Assembly (NCBI RefSeq): GCF_009914755.1
Contig: NC_060925.1
DNA length: 64,000 bases
DNA from: the human T2T-CHM13v2.0 reference genome, Homo sapiens
Direction: 5' to 3' (one strand)
The position numbers and the translations under genes are program-made. Shown in pieces: positions 1 through 16,929 of this stretch; the first letter of the stretch is position 1; every line of letters starts with the position of its first letter. The notes under the pieces are model-generated. The model saw only the letters and a list, made by a program, of their open reading frames with translations, was not told the origin of the DNA and did no database searches.

Positions 1-318
1 GTTTGGACTACATCATAATCCTAAATTCTGTGCTTCAGAACCAGTGAGCTTGAGTCTAGACTGGTGGTGACGTTCCATCTCACACATGCCTATACATTTT
101 TAGCCTGACCATAACAGAGTAAACAGTGCAGTAAACACCCACAGTTCCTTGTGACCTCGCTCACTATCTTATCCTGTCTATGAGGTCATACATGACCCTT
201 TCTCCTATCTTCTCAACAAACTGATGATGCTTTTATGCCCTCACTGTGCTCTATTTTACACTTATCACAACTGAAACATTTAACTGTGGTTCTTTGCTTA
301 TGTGCTTAACATCTCCAT

Positions 319-508
319 CCTGCCTCAGCCTCCTGAGTAGCTGGGATTACAGGCGCGCGCCACTACGTCTGGCTAATTTTTGTATTTTTAGTAGAGACTG
401 GGTTTCACCATGGTAGTCAGGCTCTTCTCAAACTCCTGAGCTTGTGATCCACTCACCTCGGCCTCCCAAAGTACTGAGATTAAAGGCGTGAGCCACTGCA
501 CCCAGCCA
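319..508 (-). mobile_element. AluS, 3'-truncated (no tail)
   Basis: Reverse-strand Alu left arm plus part of the right arm. Confidence 0.9.
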
Positions 509-577
509 ACATTCCCATTCTTTACTGCATCTTTGATTCAAGGTCAGGAACGATATTCTATATAAAACCCAAGCACA

Positions 578-950
<373 letters not shown>

Positions 951-1110
951 TTATATAACATATTTATATAATTGTACATATTCAATTTTGTAAGTAAATG
1001 GTGGGTGGTTTTAACAGCTCTTACTATAGAAAGTTTAGATATTTAGTAAATTATAACAACATGTGCCCACTTAGAACAGACTGATAACCATTAAGATATG
1101 TAAGAATGAT

Positions 1111-1270
1111 GGCCAGCCACAGTGGCTCATGCCTATAATCTCAGCTACTCAGGAGACTGAGGCAGAAGGATCACTTGAGCCCAGGAGGTCAAGGCTGCAG
1201 TGAGCTATGGTCACACCACTGCATTCCAGCCTGGGCAACAGAGCAAAACTCTGTGTCAAAAAAAAAAAAC
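1111..1270 (+). mobile_element. Alu monomer (FRAM/FAM-like)
   Basis: Single right-arm-type monomer with A tail; flanks TG(T/C)AAGAATGA. Confidence 0.8.
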
Positions 1271-1299
1271 CCGAAATGCAAGAATGAAAGACAGAAAAC

Positions 1300-3330
<2,031 letters not shown>

Positions 3331-3383
3331 AAGAAACATTCTATTTTCCAAAATCTAAGTCATAGGATAGTTTACTTCTCCTA

Positions 3384-3752
<369 letters not shown>

Positions 3753-5532
3753 TTATCTTCAAATATTCTTTTTTGTTTCTCTAAATGTAGGATTGTTCAT
3801 CAGTACTTTCAAATAACCAATTCACTAAATTTACCAAAAACGTAGTTTCTTTACAGCTATTAGTTTGGAATGTTGTATTAAGAAGGTTCAACAATTTCTA
3901 CAAAATTTTAATTGTCCAGTTTTCTTTTTTTTTCCCCATAATAACATCTTGGGGTGTATTTGATTTATCTCTGGACTAAGTCGCTGCTGGAACAAAGACA
4001 AAGATGAGACAGTGCTCCCCAGAACCTGGACTACAAATGGGACAAAGGGGGCTCTTGGTAAAAAGCCTGGGAGACCAGAAAAAGGCTGTGCAACACAACA
4101 AGGAAACTGGAGCCTAGAGGAAAACGCAGGAAGACTAAGGAGGGAAAAGAAGAGGGCGGGGCACAGGGGAGAGACAGACAGAAGGGAGCCAGAGAGGGCA
4201 GAAAGAGAGGCAGGCCGAAACCGTCTGTATAAATGGATAAATCTGGTAAATTCAGAGAATTGCTCTTTCCACAGATTGACTCAGAGCTGTGAAAGTTCAT
4301 CTCCACGCAGGCACCACATTTGTTTTTACCACGTGCCCCAACAGTTTCAGTGCTCTACAACCAGTGTTTCCTAATTTCTTGGCTTAAGTTGCTTAAGTGA
4401 AGGAGTTTCTCATTTCTCGGGGGAGCTTCTAAGCCAGCTAAGAAAGCAACACACTCCTTTGCTTCCCTGTGCTGATAGAAGGATTTCTCTTGTCTTCTTT
4501 CTACGGGGTGTAGCCCCTCTAAGATTGCTAGTTTTTTTGTGTGTTTTTTTGTTTGTTTGTTTGTTTTGCCAAAATACCAGTTTCACAGCCCAACCTCTCG
4601 TAGGCCCACAGCCCCTATATGCATACATGACAAATCTTACCAATCCATAATCACCATCCTAAAACCCAGGGCTAATGCAGCATCTGTTTACACCACACTA
4701 CCACACAATGTAGGGGAAACCTAGGAACTTACCTTTCTTCATAAGAGCTCAGCTGGGCAATGAAGAAGAAAATTTGTTACATTCTTTCCGCATGTGTAGC
4801 AGGATGATTTTTAAAGTCAGTTGATTCCAACATCTTTGGTAAATATTTTTTCCCAAAGTATTTTGTAAATCTACTCTTTATAAAAGTTCTTACTATTAGT
4901 ATATAGTTAATGCTAGTAAGAGCTTATCTGCCTTTTCCTCTATCTACTGCTGTTGATCTGTTAAGGCCCAAGAAATCAAGTAATCAGATAATCCAGCTAC
5001 TTTCTAAGAAATCCAGAGCGAGGAATTAGTAAAAGCTTAGCTGTCGCCCCAGACATGAACTGCAAAAGCCAAACTATTCCAGCAACCTCAATACCTACTA
5101 TTTTTCTATCACATGTGAATTTAACAGTATTTTCTGAAACTATCTATACTTTCAACTCCCTCCTCTAACCCCATATCCCAAACATTGGCAGGAAATTAAT
5201 TCCATAAACATACAATCTGCCACTTAAGTAGAGTTTTGTTTGTTTGTCCTTAATTTGCTTTAGATTTCAAAAACTAATTGAAGGCCAGAAAATCTAATGA
5301 AAATTCATCATAAAAGAACTTGTATTTCTATTTTTGTACAACTTGTTCTAAATCTTCGTTTAAGTTCAGGCTTCATAAAAGGTAGAAAGGGTGGAGAGAC
5401 AATTTTATATTCAGTTTTTCCCAGAGAGAGACTATTTTGATTACAGTTTTAAAACTACTTTATTTTACGGAATATGCCAAGTCCTTTTGTAATACTAAAT
5501 CATTTTTAACAACAATTGTAGTAAAGCCTTAC

Positions 5533-5698
5533 CTGATGGTCCTGAATCTTCCTGCCCACCACTCTGAATGTGTTGTTGCCTGTATGGTGATAGATATGAA
5601 CTCTGCTGAATCCAGTTGAGCCACCAGCTGGCACCCACTTCTTATTGGCATCATCATAAACCATCACAGCAGCTCTTGCCTGACAGATACTCTGTTCA
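5533..5698 (-). CDS. ENAH: ENAH (Mena) coding exon 2, N-terminal part of the EVH1 domain
   Basis: Minus strand reads TTTTATTTTTTACAG|T GAA CAG AGT ATC ... GAC CAT CAG|GTAAGG. It translates to [55 protein letters not shown], residues 3-57 of Mena. Canonical AG (5699-5700) and GT (5531-5532); 166 nt. Absent from the ORF track. Confidence 0.98.
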
Positions 5699-6011
5699 CT
5701 GTAAAAAATAAAATAAAATATTCAAACTTGCAATATTTAAAATATGCTAAGTGTTCCACATAGCCACACAAACCTAGGAGTCAGTCAACGATCAGTGCTG
5801 TTATTGGGTGCTGGAAACAATAATGGACAAGACAGAGGCTTCCTGTCTTTATGTGTACAGTCTAATGGTGAAGACAAACCAAAAAAAATAAAGTATAATT
5901 AAAAGACCAAAAGGAGAGCAGGATCCACGAAGAACACTTAGATAAGCAACACAAGAAATGGTTTCTTCTAAATTTGAGTATCTAATTCATTCACTAAACT
6001 GAATACAACTA

Positions 6012-6087
6012 TTATGTTGGTTCAAAAGTAATTGCACTTTTTGCTATTTTAATGGCAAAAACTGCAATTACTTTTGCACCAACCTAA
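6012..6087. mobile_element. MADE1 (Hsmar1-derived MITE)
   Basis: Palindromic TTATGTTGGTTCAAAAGTAATTGC...GCAATTACTTTTGCACCAACCTAA, flanked by TA on both sides. Confidence 0.92.
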
Positions 6088-6531
6088 TACAAGTGTAAAT
6101 TAATCATTATTTGCTTAATTGCATACATGTTTAGTATACTGATGACCTGTCTGTGATAACACCTTCTTTACTGAGAAAATTACTTTTATCCTCAGGCTTG
6201 CCCTAAAGTCTGTAACTAAGTCTGATAATCAACCATCTGCCCCTTGAGACATGGAGTGGCCGCTAACAACCAATGGATGGCAGTGTAACTAAATTCCTCA
6301 TTCGCCTTGGGCAAGATAACATCTTGTGCTTCAAATTTCTTCATTTAAAAATGAAAATGTAAAATGAGGTAATTTCTAAAGACCCCACTAGATTTTAAAT
6401 TCTAGCCTCCAAAGATAAATATTAAAGGGGAAAAGGCCAATTCTGTCATAGAATCTTTAAACATTAGCTTCATCTAACTCAATTATTTGTTACCAAGTGA
6501 GACTGAGATACACAAATAAATAAAATAGAGA

Positions 6532-6670
6532 CGCCAGGCACGATGGCTCAATGCCTGTAACCCCAGCACTTTGGGAAGCCAAGGTGGGAGAATAACCTGA
6601 GGCCAGGAGTTCAAGACCAGCCTGGGCAATATATCAAGACCCCGTCTCTATATTTAAAATAAAATATAAA
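6532..6670 (+). mobile_element. Alu left monomer (FLAM-like)
   Basis: Single left arm with A-rich tail. Confidence 0.85.
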
Positions 6671-7604
6671 GATAATCTCAATTTCATCTTAAGCAATGGG
6701 TTCATCTTTCAAATATTCTAGGATATTAGAATAGGCACATCAACTCTATGCTATTAACCCAATTAAAATAACTCAACCTCAATAGACAAGCCTTCTGATA
6801 CTCCTGAGACTTAACAGTCATTAATGGAAATCCTCTGAAGTAGCTCGTGCAACCACATCCTTCACAAAAGCACTTCTTATTCTATCAATTTTATCTCAAA
6901 AATTTTAAACAATAAATCATGTCGGTTCTTTCCTAAAAATTCTCAAACAGAAAGTCACCCTCACACTCTCCCCTCTTGCTCGTGCATCTGCCCCACCTCT
7001 TAACCCATCCAAGAGGGATAATGAAATGCAACTTTGCAGGAGATGGCATGTGTTTTATTCTTGTCCTTGATGACAGAGGATCACTGAAGGCCTAAAAAGG
7101 TCACAGCACTGAGTAATAAAATTGCTTCAGAACAACAGGGTTATAATTATTTGTAATTTTCCATTAGAAAAATGTTTACAAAAACTAACTTGTAACAATA
7201 TTTGTGCAGCAAACCCAATGGTAATGTCTACATTTTTATGCTGCACTGACATTTTTGGTAAAATACTTCTGGGAATGAAAACAAGCCAATGACTAAAACT
7301 TGAATTAGTTTTAAAAGATAGATTAAAGGGCACGTGTCAGTAGCAGTTGAAAAATCTCTCCATCATTCACAACAGAAATATTTTGCATGTGATGACATTT
7401 ACATAACCCTATGGAAAGATTACATGAAACAAGCCAAGGCAAAGTGCCTCTTACAGCTTACAATTCAAGCAACAAATTTACTGCTAAATGTAAATAATTC
7501 AATAAACAAATCTAGAATAATACAGGATAGTAGTTTCCAGTTTTCAAATAATATTTTTGCAGCTACATTGTTTCTAAGATTCCCAAGATTCAAGAGATAA
7601 TGTC

Positions 7605-7772
7605 TTGGGGTGTGGGGAGCTGGGGGAGGGACAGCGTTAGGAGAAATAACCTAATGTAAATGACGAGTTGATGGGTGCAGCAAACCAACATGGCACACGT
7701 ATACCTATGTAACAAACCTGCACGTTGTGCACATGTACCCTAGAACTTAAATAATAAATAAATAAAATAAAA
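7605..7772 (+). mobile_element. L1PA 3' end, 5'-truncated (about 170 bp)
   Basis: GTAACAAACCTGCACGTTGTGCACATGTACCCTAGAACTTAA plus A-rich tail. Confidence 0.92.
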
Positions 7773-8191
7773 TCATGTCCCTTTAAGAAGTGTCAGTAAG
7801 ATCATATAAGCTAAAGCAACACCTCATTTTGTAAACAGGTCACTTCATGCCTCAAAAAAATTTTTTTCTTTTAAGTATAAGAAATCTAAAACAAGGAAAG
7901 TTAGCTTTAATGGCCCCAAAGTTTTCCTCTACTTTTTTTCTCCAAATGAACATATCCAAGTAGCCAAGAAAAGTCAAAAATGCAAAAAATTAACTGGTTT
8001 TCTGAAGATGAAAAGAAATCTTCAAAATGAAATGTTAAACATTTCCAATTCTAAACAAAGCTGAGAATAAAGAGAAGAAAAAATAAGCTATGGGTAAGAG
8101 CTGAGGTGTTATTGGAGAGGTAGTAATTGCCATGTGGGTATGTGGCACACTGTGAAGGGATTAGCTAAACCCAAATAACTGTGTAGCCCTA

Positions 8192-8471
<280 letters not shown>

Positions 8472-8959
8472 TACATTAGGCACTCAGAGAAGCCCCCATC
8501 AAGGCCCAGCCAGGAAAGGATGGCACTGCCTGCTAGGGTTTAGCGACAAATGCAACTCAGTCCTCTTATTCCTTTCCACAGCATCTGAGGACCTCTTCTC
8601 ACTAGAGACATCCTGCCATGTACGCTGACCATTGAACAACATGGGAACTGCGCAGGTCCACTTATACATGGATTTTTTTTTTCCAGTGTTTTTCAGTATT
8701 TTTTCCAGTGTTACACTGGAAAAACTGTGCCTGCCTCCCCTTCCACCTCCTTCTCCTCTCCCACCTTACCCTTCCTAAGACAGCAAGGCCAAGCCCTCCT
8801 CTTTCCTGCCCCTCCTCAGCCTGCTCAACATGAAGACAAGGATGAAGATCTCTATAATGATCCATGTCCATTTCATGAATAGTAAATATATTTTCTCCTT
8901 CTTGTGATTTTTTAATGTTTTTTTAAATAACATTTTCTTTTCTCTAGATTAAGAATATG

Positions 8960-9364
<405 letters not shown>

Positions 9365-9367
9365 TCA

Positions 9368-9739
<372 letters not shown>

Positions 9740-9777
9740 TCACCTTTTATAACTCTACTGTTCAAGGGTCAACTGTA

Positions 9778-10500
9778 TTTGGCCTGGGGTCCTGGGTACA
9801 GGGCTCCTCAAAGTGTCTTTGGTATACTAATGAGATGATTCTTGGCTGAAGGGGCTTCTAGATGGCTTCAGATGGGGCCAAGTGGCCGGAAATATCATGG
9901 CATGACTGGAAGGCTGGAACTCAGGCCCACACTTCCCACCTCATTACTGCCCCCCGCCAACAACTGGGGAAGGGAGACGGACTAGAGATCGAGTTCAATC
10001 ACAATGGCCAATGATTTCATCGATCATGCTTATGTAATGAAACTTCCATAAAAACCCTGAATGACAGGGTCAGAGGGCTTCCAGGTTGATCAACATATGA
10101 AGGTGCTGGGAGAGTCGCACTTGGAAAGGGCAGGAAAAGACTCAACCCCCGCACCCTCACACCTTACCCTATGCCTCTCTTCCATTTGGCTATTCCTAAA
10201 TTATATCCTTTATAATAAATGGGTAATAGTGAAGCGCTTTCCTGAGTTTTGGGAATCATTCTAGCAAATTATCAAATGTGGGTTGGGTGGTTTCAGGAAC
10301 CTCAGTATTTGCAGTTGGCTAAGCAGATGTGGGTAGCCTGGGCACTCCATTTGCAGCTGGTATCTGAAGTAGGAGCAGCCTTATGGAACTGAGCGCTTAA
10401 CCTATGGGGTCTACATTAACTCTGCACAGTGTCAGAGTGAACTGAATTATTGGACACCCAGCTGGTGAAATCTCGAGAAGAGACTGTTGAAGTAAGGAAA
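9778..10500 (+). mobile_element. MER21-family solo LTR
   Basis: Motifs TAATGAGATGA, GGCCAATGATTT...ATCATGCTTATGTAATGAAACTTCCATAAAA and GTGTCAGAGTGAACTGAATT; related to 51.7-52.8 kb in opposite orientation. Confidence 0.75.
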
Positions 10501-11744
10501 AAAGCTACTCACATACTAACTCCGATTACAGGTGTGATGCACAAAATAAATTGGTGGTAAGCAGTTTTAGACTTCATGGAGCCATGAACATCAAAAGCAG
10601 ACTAGATAAATCAATACAGAACTGGCTGCCAATATTTTGCCCTACTTGACAGGTATGCGATGGGGCGGTGGTGGGGACAAACATAACTTATTTAAAATGA
10701 TATTTCTGGAATCTAAAAATAGGAATATTTCAAAACAAAGACAAATCATTAAATGCAATAACTTGAGCTTTCTAGACAATTCCCTCTATTATCTGCAGAT
10801 TTTGTTTTCTCCCCGTTTCTCCCTGGTCCAGTGAAATGCTTAGCCAAGGGCCTGCTTTAAAATATGGCTGGCCTCAGCCACAAGAGACAGTATTGCTGCA
10901 TGGACACTGGTGAACAAATACTAGAGCAATGCATCATTTTACTACCATCCTATCTGCATCATGACAAGCCTCAAAATGAATGCCCAGTCAAAGTCTTCAA
11001 GATTCTGAGTCAGTGAAGCGACTACGCAAAAGATTAAATTAGTAAATTACCAAGCTGTACTTTTGTGAAGATCAGGCACTAAATTAGTTATAAACAAAAA
11101 CTTCATTTTTATGACCCAGTGCAATTGGTATATATAGTTAATTATACTTCATCTTCTGATGTTAATTTTGGTATTTTAAAATAAAATATGGCATTAAAAG
11201 GCTAGAGATAGCTGGTTTAAAAGAAGGGAAAAAAGGTCTAAAAACCAAGACACCAAATTACAATTTTGTAGTTTTGTCAGGTAGTTCATTTCTGAATATT
11301 GTCAAATTGACTGAGCAGGTATATGTGATGAGAACGCTTGCCAAGTTCTATTCTCACAGGTACCAGTGAATGAAGCGCTTCCTGGTATTTAAGCAGACTA
11401 AGGATTGCTAGGCTAGTCTTGTATATACTATTTATTGAGATTGCAGTAAAACCAAGTTGTTAACAAATATCAATTTCTTTTCAAAGATATCACTTATTAA
11501 TCATTACTTGTCAAAGAAAGCATGAATATGACAATATGTAGCACACAGTAGGCACTCTTTAAATGCTTTTTCAGCACTTACTGTAATCTAACAAAATCCT
11601 ACTCATCAAGACCTGGATCAAATACTATTCCTCTTATTAATTCTCTCTGTGGTTCCCAAAGCCAGAACTAATTGCTCCTTCCTCCGAGTTCTCAGAGTAT
11701 TCATTAATCTCTCAACAAACAAGACTCTCTGAGGAGGCAATATT

Positions 11745-12040
11745 TAAGCCATGGGAAAGACTTGAGTTTTACTCCAAGTGTATACTGGGAAGCCACTGAA
11801 GGGCTTTAAGCAGAACACGGCCTACATTTTAAAGATAACTGTAGCTACTATGTAGAGAAAAAATTCAAGAAAGTGGCAGCAAAATCAAGAACAGAAGCAC
11901 AAATACCAGACGAGAAAAAAAGGAGGGAGAGGAAAGCACTGGGGATGTATGTTGCAAGTACAGAAGAAAGGATCTGTAGATAGATAGGATGCAAAAGAGG
12001 AGGCAATCAAAAGGAGGAAAAAAATTATGGATGCACCTAG
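11745..12040 (-). mobile_element. L2 fragment
   Basis: GGGAAGCCACTGAAGGGCTTTAAGCAG L2-like motif. Confidence 0.6.
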
Positions 12041-12602
12041 CATTTTAATGATACTCCCAGTTAGTATGTGATATGCTGTAAAGTATTAAAATGTACCACC
12101 ACTGAAAGTCATGGCCCAACTCACTTATTCAGAAACATGTCTTCATCATCTTTGAAAATGGAAAATATGTCATCCCTTCTTGAATCCCCTATGTGCAGCA
12201 CAGAGCCTAGTCTGTAGTGAGTTATCAACATGTGCACAATAACCTCTACTATACTATCAGCCTCTTAAGAGAATATATCCTAAAGAAAGAGAATTAGCAT
12301 CACGTCTGTTATGATACTGAGTCATTCTATGAACTAAGATGTCATTTATTCAGAAGATAAAATACTAAGAAATAACACTAAAAACTTTGGAATTTTAAAT
12401 TCAGGATTTCCATCTTATTCTCTGATATCAATTTATTGGGCTATGTCTACAATATTATGACATTTCAAAGATTAAAGAGGCTCAGAGTAAACACAATTGT
12501 GTTAGGTTTCAACTCGATTCCACAAATATTGTTCACATTTATAACACAGGTCCTGGCATATAGTAAAAGTGGGCGAGACCAGCTCAGTTATATAAGATTG
12601 TG

Positions 12603-12920
<318 letters not shown>

Positions 12921-13049
12921 TCAGATACGAATAATAAACATATTTTCTCAAATAGGAAAGTGAACAATAAATAGCATGTGCTATATACTGTGTTAAGCAC
13001 TAGACGAGCTTTTTCCTAGTCCATAGCACCAACACCACCACTCTGAAAT

Positions 13050-13730
13050 CACAACATCCTACAAATGTAGGGTTCACTCCAGAATCCTCCGTGACCCTCA
13101 CTGCTCCACACACACAGTCACCAAGCCCTGTCAATTCTATTTCCAAAAGACTCCTACAATGCATCAGTACCCTTTGTTCACAATGCTCAATGCTCAAAAG
13201 CTTTAATTTGGGCCCTCCCTAGTTCCTCAACTGGCTTATTTCAAAAATCTCCTTACCTGTATCTCTCACTGCAATCTTATTCTTCCCTCTCAATGCTTCC
13301 AGAGGGATATTTTTATAAATAAAATCTGATCATGCCACTCTTCTGGTTAAGATACCTCAAAGACTCATTTCAGGATAAACTCTGGCTTCACAGCATCACG
13401 TACAGGGTCCACTATAATTGGGCCTCTGTCTTCCTCAACATTTATTTTTTCTTTAAAATACTTATTAAGCATGTAATGTGTGCCAGACATTATTCTACCA
13501 TCCTAGTGCTGGGAGCACACTGGTGTTCAAAATAGTCTAAAACTACAGCAATAACACGCCTTCCCCTCTTCCTGACCTATCTGCCCCATTTTCATCTTCC
13601 CAGATACCTTCTAATTCTGATCTGTCCTTGAGAATTCAGAAACTCACCTCTTCTTGAAAGCTTTACACTCCCCCAAAACAAGAACTTATTTCCTGTGCTC
13701 TCACAATATATTGTGCATATCATCTCTACC
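13050..13730 (+). mobile_element. L2 fragments
   Basis: CAGTCACCAAGCCCTGTCAATTCT and AAATCTGATCATGCCACTC L2-like motifs. Confidence 0.6.
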
Positions 13731-14036
13731 AATATCAGATGTTAAACCCAGGAAGGACTGGCACTGTCTCTCTCCCAATTAAAGATTTGTGAGAGAAGTG
13801 GCCTGAAAAGTGGTGAGAGATACTAAGTATAAAAAGTAAACATCTGTAAACTTGGAGTAAGAGCCCTGAAATACGACAGTGAAAGCTTCCTTTTCTGACC
13901 TCCAATGCCCAAATGGACAATCTCTCCACTCCTCCCCTTCCCATCCACAAACCATACCACTAGCACTCTAAATGCTCAGAGCTCCTCAACTCATCACTCT
14001 GCACTGTTCTGCTCCCAGAGGCTGAGAATCAGCTGT

Positions 14037-14272
14037 GCAGCCTGGGCAACATAGCAAGACCCCCACCTCTACAGAAATGAAAAAACTTAAAAATCAGCTG
14101 GGCACAATGGCACATGCCTGTAGTCTTAAGTACTTGGGAGGCTGAGGTGGGAGGATCACTTGAGCCAGGAGTTCGAGGCCACAGTGAGTCATGATCATGT
14201 CACTGCACTCCAGCCTGCATGACAGAGTGAGACTCTGTCTCAAAAAAAAAAAAAAAAACCCAAAAAACAAAA
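14037..14272 (+). mobile_element. 5'-truncated AluJ
   Basis: 12-bp TSD AGAATCAGCTGT. Confidence 0.9.
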
Positions 14273-14649
14273 AGAATCAGCTGTCTGTGACCAAATGTAT
14301 TCATTATAATTGTACTTGTAAGTCTGCAATCTAAATATTATATAAATTGATATGTGAGTATACAGAAATACTATAAAAATTAAGTTAAATGTTTTGAAAA
14401 GTCTTTATCAAGGTAGGTCACTAAAAAGATCATACAAGTCTAACAGAATTCTGTATTCAGAATGCTTTGCATATGTCTAAGTTCTCTCTCCACTTCAAAG
14501 AAACCAAAGCTGAAACGTCATTATCTGCTGGGGCATGCTTTAGGAAGAAAAACAATATAGAGTTCTCATCACCAGACTAACACTAAAGAAAAAGCTTTAC
14601 AGCAAAAGACTAGAGAATTAACACATATAACAGAGACTAGAGTATTTAA

Positions 14650-14818
14650 AGAGTGAGAGGCACCACAGGAGCAAGCACACAGAGGAACATCCATATGAAG
14701 AGGCAGCAAGAGGGCGGCCATCTGCAAGCCAAGGAGACAGGCCTCAGAGGAAACCAGCACCAGCCCTGCCAGCACATCAAGCTCAGACTTTTCAGAGCTG
14801 TGAGAAAGTAAATTTCTG
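14650..14818 (+). mobile_element. MaLR (MLT1/MST) LTR fragment
   Basis: GGCCATCTGCAAGCCAAGGAGACAGGCCTCAGAGGAAACC. Confidence 0.8.
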
Positions 14819-15108
14819 GGCCAGGCACAGTGGCTCACACCTGTAATCCCAGCACTTTGGGAGGCTGAGGCAGGTGGATTGCTGGAGCCCAGGAGTTCAA
14901 GACCAGCCTGGGCAACATAACAAAACCCCACCTCTACAAAAAGTGCAAAACTTAGCTGGGCAGGGTGGCAGGCACGTGTGGTCCCAGCTATTCAGGAGGC
15001 TGAGGTGGGAGGATTACTGGAGCCTTGGGCCAAGATTGTGCCACTGCACTCCAACCTGGGTGACAGAGTTAAGACCCCATCTCAAAAAACTTTTTAAAAA
15101 ACTTAAAA
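14819..15108 (+). mobile_element. AluJ
   Basis: J-type GAGCCCAGGAGTTC and CCTGGGCAAC. Confidence 0.88.
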
Positions 15109-16148
15109 ATCTGTTTAAGCTTCCAAAAATAAATGAAAAATAAATATTTAAAGTTATATGTCATTTTTAAGGATACCAAACTTGATTTCAACTAACTAAC
15201 CACTATCACCAGTAGACCAAATTAGAAACTTATCTCCTTTGCCATTCCATTAAAAAAAGAAAGAAAAAATCTTGCTAAGAATCAGGAGAAAAAATTTGCT
15301 TGCTAGTTACAATTCGGTTCTGCCACAATGGCTGAGAGATTGAGGAATACAACAAAAACACTGTGAATGCCACTGACAAACAGCAGATGCAAATAACGGC
15401 AGCCTACAAAGTTATTTTCTGCAAGGCAAGAAAACCATCTGGAATGCAGCAGCACCAAATATGCAGAAAGGCAAAACTTCCTCTAAAGACCACACTTATG
15501 TTTCATTCATCTTTCTGAGAAATAGAATAATAAATAAAAGGTAAAAACATCAATATGGCACTATTAAACTCTTTGTCCTACAACACCTATATTCATGTGC
15601 AAAGTACAAATGCAGTCTAGTATAACTGATCCAGATTCACCAAAGAAAATGGTCAGTCTAAATGACCATCAAAAGCAAGATGGCATGATTTAAAAGAAAA
15701 CATTTCAGCAAATCTATTGGGTCATTCTGCAGGATGAAAAAATCTCTTAAAATAGGGGAAAACGTTAAAGGTTAAATACAATAGTATGTAGAAAAAGTAC
15801 TTTAGAGAATGTACCTACCACATGTAGTCATGTGTGCTTAGGAGTAATCTTTTTTTCAATAGGGAGTAATCTTTTTAGGGAGTAATCTTTTCTCAATAAT
15901 TCTTATGGTACTATTTGACTTCAATCATGAATTCCTCTTACTTAAGTATAGAATCTGCAAAATTCAATAAATGTGACTCAGGCGGTAAAAAGAACCTGTC
16001 CCTATCTGCAACATACCTGGAGACAGAGAATAATAAAGACAATTAGAATGCACAATTTCCATATTCTTAGAACCATAAGAGAGACAGAGAAACTTGTAAA
16101 ACTTACAAAAGCTCTGGAGACCGAAAAAAATAAAAAGAAACATTAACA

Positions 16149-16460
16149 GGCTGGATACAGTGGCTCTAACCTGCAATCCCAGCACTCTGAGAAGCCAAGG
16201 CAGGAAGATCACTTGAGCCCAGGAGTTAGAGATCAGCCTGGACAAAACAAAGTGAGACTCTGTCTCCACAAGATATGAAAAATAAAATAAATTAGCCAGG
16301 CACAATGGTGTGCACCTGTAGTCCCACCTACTTGGGAGGCTGAGGTAGAAGGACCACTTCAGCCCAGGAGTGCAAGGTTACAGTGAGCTATTACTGAGCC
16401 ACTGCATTCCAGCTTGGGCGACAGAGCGAGACACTCTCTCTTAAAAAAGGAAGAAAAGAA
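16149..16460 (+). mobile_element. AluJ
   Basis: TSD AAAGAAA(C/T)ATTAACA. Confidence 0.9.
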
Positions 16461-16929
16461 AGAAATATTAACAAACTAGTAAGACTGAGATTATCTAGGG
16501 TGGGAACCTGCTCTGTGTGTGCAACTCTAGCTGGCCACATAATGACAAAGACAGCCTGCTGCTAAGCAGCACAGAAAAAATTCAAGCAATGCTCTTTCTT
16601 GTAATATGAAAGACTAATTAACAAAGATAAAGCAAACGTTACTTGGAAAAATTAAAACCAACAGTTTCAGAAGAATGCACTCTACAACTGTCTATAAATA
16701 TTTCAGAGTATTGTTTAACTGTAGGCACAAAAAATCCTATCAATGAGGAAAAATCTTATCAGTGAATTACTATCTAATAGAGACTAACAGCTCCCCAGTT
16801 AGTCAGTTATAAAGAATCCAAATCTCTTGGTTTATGTTATGAAAGACCTAAATCCCAGAGACAATTAAGTGACATAAGCAGTTACTGAGCCAGTGTTGAT
16901 ACTAATAATACTACTAATAATAGTAAAAA

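Larger units (their letters stand above)
13876..15235 (+). mobile_element. Tigger13a-like ancient DNA transposon, interrupted by AluJ, MLT1 and AluJ
   Basis: Degenerate transposase-like stretch CTCCACTTCAAAGAAACCAAAGCTGAAA...AAAGAAAAAGC resembling my recall of Tigger13a. Confidence 0.5.

Noticed and set aside
4277-4335. AP-1 TGACTCA plus E-box CACGTG, and other scattered TGA(C/G)TCA sites
   Set aside because: Counts are near chance expectation; cannot call an enhancer from motifs alone.
4012-4374. 120-aa plus-strand ORF and overlapping 91-aa minus-strand ORF
   Set aside because: Low-complexity purine-rich sequence with no recognisable domain; the plus ORF starts at GTG.
5437-5619. Plus-strand 60-aa ORF overlapping exon 2
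   Set aside because: Short antisense shadow of the real exon with a TTG start.
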